A DNA stretch of 64,000 bases from a virus. The stretch lies in the IMG/VR virus record IMGVR_UViG_3300028706_000553; one strand, 5' to 3'. Below the pieces are notes generated by a model that had not been told where the DNA came from, made no database searches, and saw only the letters and a program-made list of their open reading frames with translations. The position numbers were made by a program, and so were the translations under genes. Of the stretch, positions 59,534 through 64,000 are shown one piece after another. Position 1 is the first letter of the stretch. Each line of letters starts with the position of its first letter.

Positions 59534-60201
59534 TAGATTTTTGGGTTGGTTATACTCCAGGTAGAGAGATTGCAAATAGGAAATGTCGGCAGTCTTTAGA
59601 ACAATTTGGAGTGGTCACACACGATGTACCGCATTATTGGGTACCTAAAACGAACAATCCTTTTGCGAGGACGCGATACTTAGTTCCATTGATAGATTAT
59701 AAATCAGATAATAAATGGGTTGCTTTTGTAGATGATGATTTCTTATTTTTTAGGAATCCATTATCTTTATATAAAACATTAGATGATAATAAAATGTTAT
59801 ATGTAGCAAAACACCCTGAATATGTATCTGTGACTACAATGAAAATGGCAGGTAAAGAAAAACATAAAGGTTGGCGAAATATTAATTATCCTAGAAAGAA
59901 TTGGTCTAGTTTAATGATTTTCAATAAAGAAAAGTTTCCTTTAACTATTAAGGAAATTTTTCATTCTCCGATGAGCTTTTTACACCAATTAGAATGGGCG
60001 GAACCGGAAGAAAATAATATAGGTTCTATTCCTTTAGAATGGAATTGGTTGGTTGGGGAATTACATTGTCCCGATCGTGAAAATATTAATGCTGCTCATT
60101 ATACCTTAGGAGGACCATGGTATGAAAAGTGGCCAAAATCAGTTTATGATAAATCATGGATAGAAATGGAAGAATATGATTACAGTAAAGATTTCGCATA
60201 A
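59530..60201 (+). CDS. Glycosyltransferase (GT-A, GT8-like)
   Basis: FARTRYLVP, FVDDDFLF (DxD), YPRKNWSSLMIFN, EWNWLVG, HYTLGGPW; ATGA-coupled start at 59530. Confidence 0.75.
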   Translation: MIDFWVGYTPGREIANRKCRQSLEQFGVVTHDVPHYWVPKTNNPFARTRYLVPLIDYKSDNKWVAFVDDDFLFFRNPLSLYKTLDDNKMLYVAKHPEYVSVTTMKMAGKEKHKGWRNINYPRKNWSSLMIFNKEKFPLTIKEIFHSPMSFLHQLEWAEPEENNIGSIPLEWNWLVGELHCPDRENINAAHYTLGGPWYEKWPKSVYDKSWIEMEEYDYSKDFA

Positions 60202-60424
60202 GGATAATCGTGATAATCAAGGGAAAGTAATAAAAGCTATGCAAAAGCTAAAGCAAATAGTTTCCCGTGAAGGCACTCTCAATGAGGTGAAAAGGCGACG
60301 TTATTATGTAAAACCGTCGATGCAAAAACGACTAAAGCGTGAAGAGGCAGAAAGACAACGAATAAAAGATATTCGTAATGACATTAAACAAGCAGAACGC
60401 TTAGAACAACAAATGTGGGGATAG
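60176..60424 (+). CDS. rpsU: 30S ribosomal protein bS21
   Basis: KAMQKLKQIVSREGTLNEVKRRRYYVKPSMQKRLKREEA matches the bS21 pattern. Confidence 0.85.
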   Translation: MITVKISHKDNRDNQGKVIKAMQKLKQIVSREGTLNEVKRRRYYVKPSMQKRLKREEAERQRIKDIRNDIKQAERLEQQMWG

Positions 60425-60428
60425 ACAT

Positions 60429-60641
60429 TTGAATTACCTAGAGAAGTTAGAATCCAACCCTAGATGTAGAAGAAGATATAGAGATAGTCTTATGAATTAC
60501 ATCATGTCCATGCTCCCTATGGATCATGAAAAAACTATTGCTTTATTCGCAGAGAGAGCATTAAATGAAGCATATAATAATGGCCGCCACGATGGTCATA
60601 GAGGACCCCAAGCTCACACAGAAATCAAAAAAAGATATTGA
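60429..60641 (+). CDS. Hypothetical protein
   Basis: 70 aa, TTG start. Confidence 0.4.
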   Translation: MNYLEKLESNPRCRRRYRDSLMNYIMSMLPMDHEKTIALFAERALNEAYNNGRHDGHRGPQAHTEIKKRY

Positions 60642-60666
60642 TTTTTTAATAAAAATATAGTATAAT
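60638..60666 (+). promoter_or_regulatory. Sigma70-type promoter (TTGATT-17-TATAAT)
   Basis: -35 at 60638-60643 and -10 at 60661-60666, upstream of 60697. Confidence 0.7.
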
Positions 60667-60696
60667 ATAATCTAATATTTAATAATAGGATGTATT

Positions 60697-61110
60697 ATGC
60701 CGAAAATATATGATAATGTGGGGATAAATTATAATAAAGGTACTAAACGTGTTAACTCTGTAGCTCCCGGCTGCACAATTGAATACGAAGCAGATATCTA
60801 TGAAGAAAGAGATAAGAGAGTTCGAAAAGCTTCAAGACATCGTTCGCAAGAGACCAACGCAGCATTATTGGCTTTCAAACGAAGTCGCGAACAACTCGGA
60901 ATCCAAAGACCAGGAGACATCGAGGCCTCGCCAGGATTTACTGTCAAAATTACTTCGATGGCTGAAAAAGACCTGAGAGGTTGGAATACAGGTAAGGAAA
61001 AAACAACAGGGGATGTTCCCAGTGGTTTTACTATTGCCCCTGCTTATAATAAAGGCGCATATCAAGTAGTACCTTCTACTGATACAGATGCATACACACA
61101 TAGGAAATAA
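60697..61110 (+). CDS. Conserved T4-like hypothetical protein
   Basis: IAPAYNKGAYQVV motif. Confidence 0.6.
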   Translation: MPKIYDNVGINYNKGTKRVNSVAPGCTIEYEADIYEERDKRVRKASRHRSQETNAALLAFKRSREQLGIQRPGDIEASPGFTVKITSMAEKDLRGWNTGKEKTTGDVPSGFTIAPAYNKGAYQVVPSTDTDAYTHRK

Positions 61111-61112
61111 GT

Positions 61113-61277
61113 ATGATTAGCTATTCAACAGAATTGTTATATCATTTTAATTGTGGTGATTGTAAGAATTGGTGGAGTTATGCTTCAACAGAAGATTACA
61201 AACCACACGTAATGCATTGTCCTCATTGTGGGGAAATGGATAAAATTAAACCTATAGACAATAAAGAAGATGAGTGA
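61113..61277 (+). CDS. Small zinc-ribbon-like protein
   Basis: 54-aa ORF missing from the track, with CGDC and CPHC motifs. Confidence 0.6.
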   Translation: MISYSTELLYHFNCGDCKNWWSYASTEDYKPHVMHCPHCGEMDKIKPIDNKEDE

Positions 61278-61590
61278 AGAAATTAAAATTTTAAAGTTGA
61301 GTACAGGTGAAGAAGTAATTGCTAAGATTAACGAATTAGAAGATTCTTATGAAATGATAGAAGCAGTATCATTTCGATGGGGGATTGAATATGATGCTGA
61401 CTTAGGGCGAAATGTTGAAAGATTGCAGCCAGGCTCATATCCAATTAATTCAGCATTAGGTCGTTATGAAATTAAGAAAGATCATGTATTGGTAACAGCA
61501 CCTCCACGTCCGGAAGCACTTGCAGTTTATCATGGATTTGTAGCAAGTGTGTTAAATTATAATTCGGGTCAGCCAAAAGCAAATTCTTGA
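61270..61590 (+). CDS. Hypothetical protein (Sm-like fold pattern)
   Basis: IKILKLSTGEEVIAKI N-terminus common in T4-like phages. Confidence 0.55.
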   Translation: MSEEIKILKLSTGEEVIAKINELEDSYEMIEAVSFRWGIEYDADLGRNVERLQPGSYPINSALGRYEIKKDHVLVTAPPRPEALAVYHGFVASVLNYNSGQPKANS

Positions 61591-61621
61591 TAAATAAAGT
61601 ATAATATAGAAAAGGATTCTT

Positions 61622-61813
61622 ATGAGAACTCGATATGCAAGTGTAGGCACTGCTCATTTAGGGCATCCAAAAAATGACGTGGAAGAATCTACAAAAGAAT
61701 ATGCTAAATCTCTTGAGAAAATAGCAAATGATAAAGCATTAAAAATGCTTACTAAATCTGAAAGAGCAAATCTTCTGAAGATTAGGGATTTACTCGCTAA
61801 AGAGGAGAAGTAG
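61622..61813 (+). CDS. Hypothetical protein
   Basis: 63 aa, coupled to iscU. Confidence 0.45.
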   Translation: MRTRYASVGTAHLGHPKNDVEESTKEYAKSLEKIANDKALKMLTKSERANLLKIRDLLAKEEK

Positions 61814-63192
61814 TGGCGTATAGTGAAAAAGTTGTAGATCATTTTACGAACCCTAAGAATGTGGGAAGTCTTGATAAAAACGATGTTAATGTAGGAACTG
61901 GCCTTGTCGGCGCACCTGAATGTGGCGATGTGATGAAACTCCAAATTAAAGTAGATGATAATCAAAACATAATTGATGCAAAGTTTAAGACATTCGGTTG
62001 TATTGGATCTAATAGTCCAATTGCAACTCCTAACGGATTTAAAAATATTTCAACTCTTTCGGTAGGAGAGGAAATTTGGGCTTGGAATGGAAAAGAAGTT
62101 GTAAAAAATACTATTTCTAAAATAAAAACAAAAGAAGTTGATTATAGAGATTTATTAAGAATTGTTTTTGAAAAAGGAAGACAGCCTATAATTTGCTCCA
62201 AAGATCATATTTGGTGGGGGTCTGACAATAAGCCGATTGAAGCCATAGATTTAGAAGCTGGAAAAGAATTATTAGAAATCACTGAAAATGAAATTCGTTC
62301 TTTAAATAATGTAAGACAACAACAATGGTTAAAAGATAAAAATTCTGTTAATATATCGGAACGTAATAAATTGGGTTTGATGAAACAAAACACCCTTCCT
62401 CAAAATCAAAAAGGATATAAACATACAGATGAAGCTAAACTAAACCACTCAATCGCTTCAAAAAAAGTGTGGAAAAATCCTGAATATAGAAAAAATTGGG
62501 AAAGGGGAATGCAGGGGGCAGCTCAAAATAGACCAACTAAATTAGAAATTGAATATATTAATTTATTTGAAAAACATAAATTAGATGTAAGATATATTGG
62601 TGATGGTAGTTTTTGGTGTGGTTCTTCTCATCTAAATCCAGATTTTAAAGTAAATGGCCAGAAAAAAGTAATAGAAGTTTATACTTCAAAGCTTCCTAAA
62701 TTTATGATGGATAGAAGTGATGAGAATTGGATTGTAGAAAGAAAAGAAAAATTAGAAAACGCGGGATTTAAAAGTTTGTTTCTTGATATAAAGAACATTG
62801 AAAATTCGATACCTGAAGTAACTAAATTTATTCATAACGGATTTAAAATTAAAAAAATAAGTCCAATAGAAGATAAAAGACAATTAAGAGGGCAAGAAAG
62901 AAATGGTGATTTGGTTAAACTTTATGATTTATCACTAAAAGAAGGAGCCAACATATTTTTTGTTCATAGGGCCATGAGTCATAATTGTGGATCTGCAATT
63001 GCAGCATCATCATTGGCTACAGAATGGGTAAAGGATAGACACGTTGATGCCGCTATGGAAGTAAATAATACAGAGATTGTCGAAGAACTTTCTCTACCAC
63101 CGGTTAAGATTCATTGTAGTGTATTAGCTGAAGATGCAATAAAAGCAGCGATTGCAGATTATAAACAAAAACAAGAAGGTATTGGGCCATGA
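61813..63192 (+). CDS. iscU: Fe-S cluster scaffold IscU interrupted by an intein
   Basis: YSEKVVDHF.NP.NVG, GAPEC37GDVMKLQI, FKTFG|CGSAIAASS, LPPVKIHCSVLAEDAI. Removing residues 63-391 gives a 130-aa IscU. Confidence 0.95.
   Translation: MAYSEKVVDHFTNPKNVGSLDKNDVNVGTGLVGAPECGDVMKLQIKVDDNQNIIDAKFKTFGCIGSNSPIATPNGFKNISTLSVGEEIWAWNGKEVVKNTISKIKTKEVDYRDLLRIVFEKGRQPIICSKDHIWWGSDNKPIEAIDLEAGKELLEITENEIRSLNNVRQQQWLKDKNSVNISERNKLGLMKQNTLPQNQKGYKHTDEAKLNHSIASKKVWKNPEYRKNWERGMQGAAQNRPTKLEIEYINLFEKHKLDVRYIGDGSFWCGSSHLNPDFKVNGQKKVIEVYTSKLPKFMMDRSDENWIVERKEKLENAGFKSLFLDIKNIENSIPEVTKFIHNGFKIKKISPIEDKRQLRGQERNGDLVKLYDLSLKEGANIFFVHRAMSHNCGSAIAASSLATEWVKDRHVDAAMEVNNTEIVEELSLPPVKIHCSVLAEDAIKAAIADYKQKQEGIGP
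61999..62985 (+). mobile_element. Intein (329 aa) with internal endonuclease domain
   Basis: Begins C-I-G-S-N-S-P-I (block A), has CSKDH (block B His), ends LYDLSL...FFVHRAMSHN followed by Cys+1; internal KGYKHTDEAK (NUMOD3-like) and PDF...IEV motifs. Confidence 0.92.
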
Positions 63193-64000
63193 AACGTTTT
63201 ATAGAAACATTAGAAGAGCCAGCAGAATATAATGAATTGCGTGATATTATAGAGTCAAAACTCACGAGTGAAGAAGTGTTCCAGCATCATATAGTTCAGG
63301 GAAACACTGAAAAAGGTAAAGTGGCGCACACCGGAACGTTGAAACAAATGCAAAAAAAGATAAGAGACCCCAAAACGGGCCCAAATCACGTTCTTGTAAA
63401 AACCCGGCATAAACTAAAAACAGGTGATACTTGGAAAAAACACATGCATGCCGAGAGTCTAGACACAGTGAATTCACTCAGAAGACCTCAATATACTATT
63501 AAAAACACAAAAACTGGTCAACATTATAGTACAAGTAGATATCAGGATGATGGAAAATTAAATAAGATTCGTAAAGGGGGAGGTGACCATAAACATGCCG
63601 CCCATTACAAAGATGGAAAACAACTTGAGGAAAGCCAGAATCTACAAGCTAAAATGGCATTAGATGATGCAGGAATACCATGGACAATGAAGAGAAATAG
63701 GATAACTGTTAAGAAAAAAGATAAAAAGAAAGCTCAATTAGCATGGGAAAAATCTTTCAAAAAAGGTGGATGGCCTAGTCTTAACATAGAGGACAATTCT
63801 CCTGTAATTGAAATAATAGGTGAAGAAGATATGCAAGAAGCGTTTTTCAAAGTCAAGATTCCAGATATTGCACAACCTACGTTTGTGGAAGCTGGTAGCG
63901 AATCACAAGTTAAAATGTCTTTGAGAAAGATTCTGAGACCAGATAGTATGAAAGAACTAGAAATTGAAAAGGTTACCCCTACTGCAATGAAAAAGATGTA
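63189..64000 (+). CDS. Lys-rich modular protein, possible head-internal protein; 3'-truncated
   Basis: ATGA-coupled to iscU; open to the window end; starts MKRFIETLEE; basic modules separated by Glu-rich linkers. Confidence 0.55.
   Translation, partial: MKRFIETLEEPAEYNELRDIIESKLTSEEVFQHHIVQGNTEKGKVAHTGTLKQMQKKIRDPKTGPNHVLVKTRHKLKTGDTWKKHMHAESLDTVNSLRRPQYTIKNTKTGQHYSTSRYQDDGKLNKIRKGGGDHKHAAHYKDGKQLEESQNLQAKMALDDAGIPWTMKRNRITVKKKDKKKAQLAWEKSFKKGGWPSLNIEDNSPVIEIIGEEDMQEAFFKVKIPDIAQPTFVEAGSESQVKMSLRKILRPDSMKELEIEKVTPTAMKKM

Noticed and set aside
241-63477. Minus-strand and short alternative-frame ORFs in the ORF track
   Set aside because: They lie within well-supported + strand genes, have no motifs or SD sites, and are best explained as shadow ORFs.
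1-64000. Stop-codon recoding (seen in some large phages)
   Set aside because: Core genes (gp17, 18, 20, 23, 46, uvsW) are full length under the standard code, and TAA, TAG and TGA all serve as stops.
1-64000. tRNA, rRNA or structured ncRNA genes
   Set aside because: Intergenic gaps are short and AT-rich, and no cloverleaf or T-loop motif was recognised by eye. tRNAscan or Infernal would be needed to exclude them fully.

Overview
AT-rich segment of a large T4-like (Tevenvirinae/marine T4-superfamily) myovirus genome. Every credible gene is on the + strand. From 5' to 3' it carries: baseplate genes (gp7-like, 5'-truncated; gp8; a 2045-aa DUF4815/VrlC-like protein); a fibre connector and two paralogous Tyr/Gly/Ser tetrad-repeat proteins followed by a glycosyltransferase and two 2OG-Fe(II) oxygenase-like genes; neck/tail genes gp13-15; gp16; a 5.6-kb membrane/envelope island (cytochrome c-like, AapJ-like binding protein, holin-like proteins, lipoprotein lipase, Pycsar-effector-like protein); the T4 core gp17-18-19-19'-20-67-21-22-23-3-uvsY-uvsW; g55-g47-g46; peptide deformylase, queD and queE; a second fibre module with two duplicated-N-terminus fibres and a chaperone; a halogenase/asparagine-synthetase/glycosyltransferase cassette; ribosomal protein bS21; and an IscU gene interrupted by an endonuclease-containing intein at its Fe-S-ligand Cys63. 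T4 late promoters (TATAAATA) and sigma70-type promoters are visible. The strongest candidates for novelty are the two repeat proteins with length-balanced arms (24/24 and 14/14 tetrads) plus their adjacent modifying enzymes, and the IscU intein. All family assignments come from motif recognition and synteny; no database searches were run.
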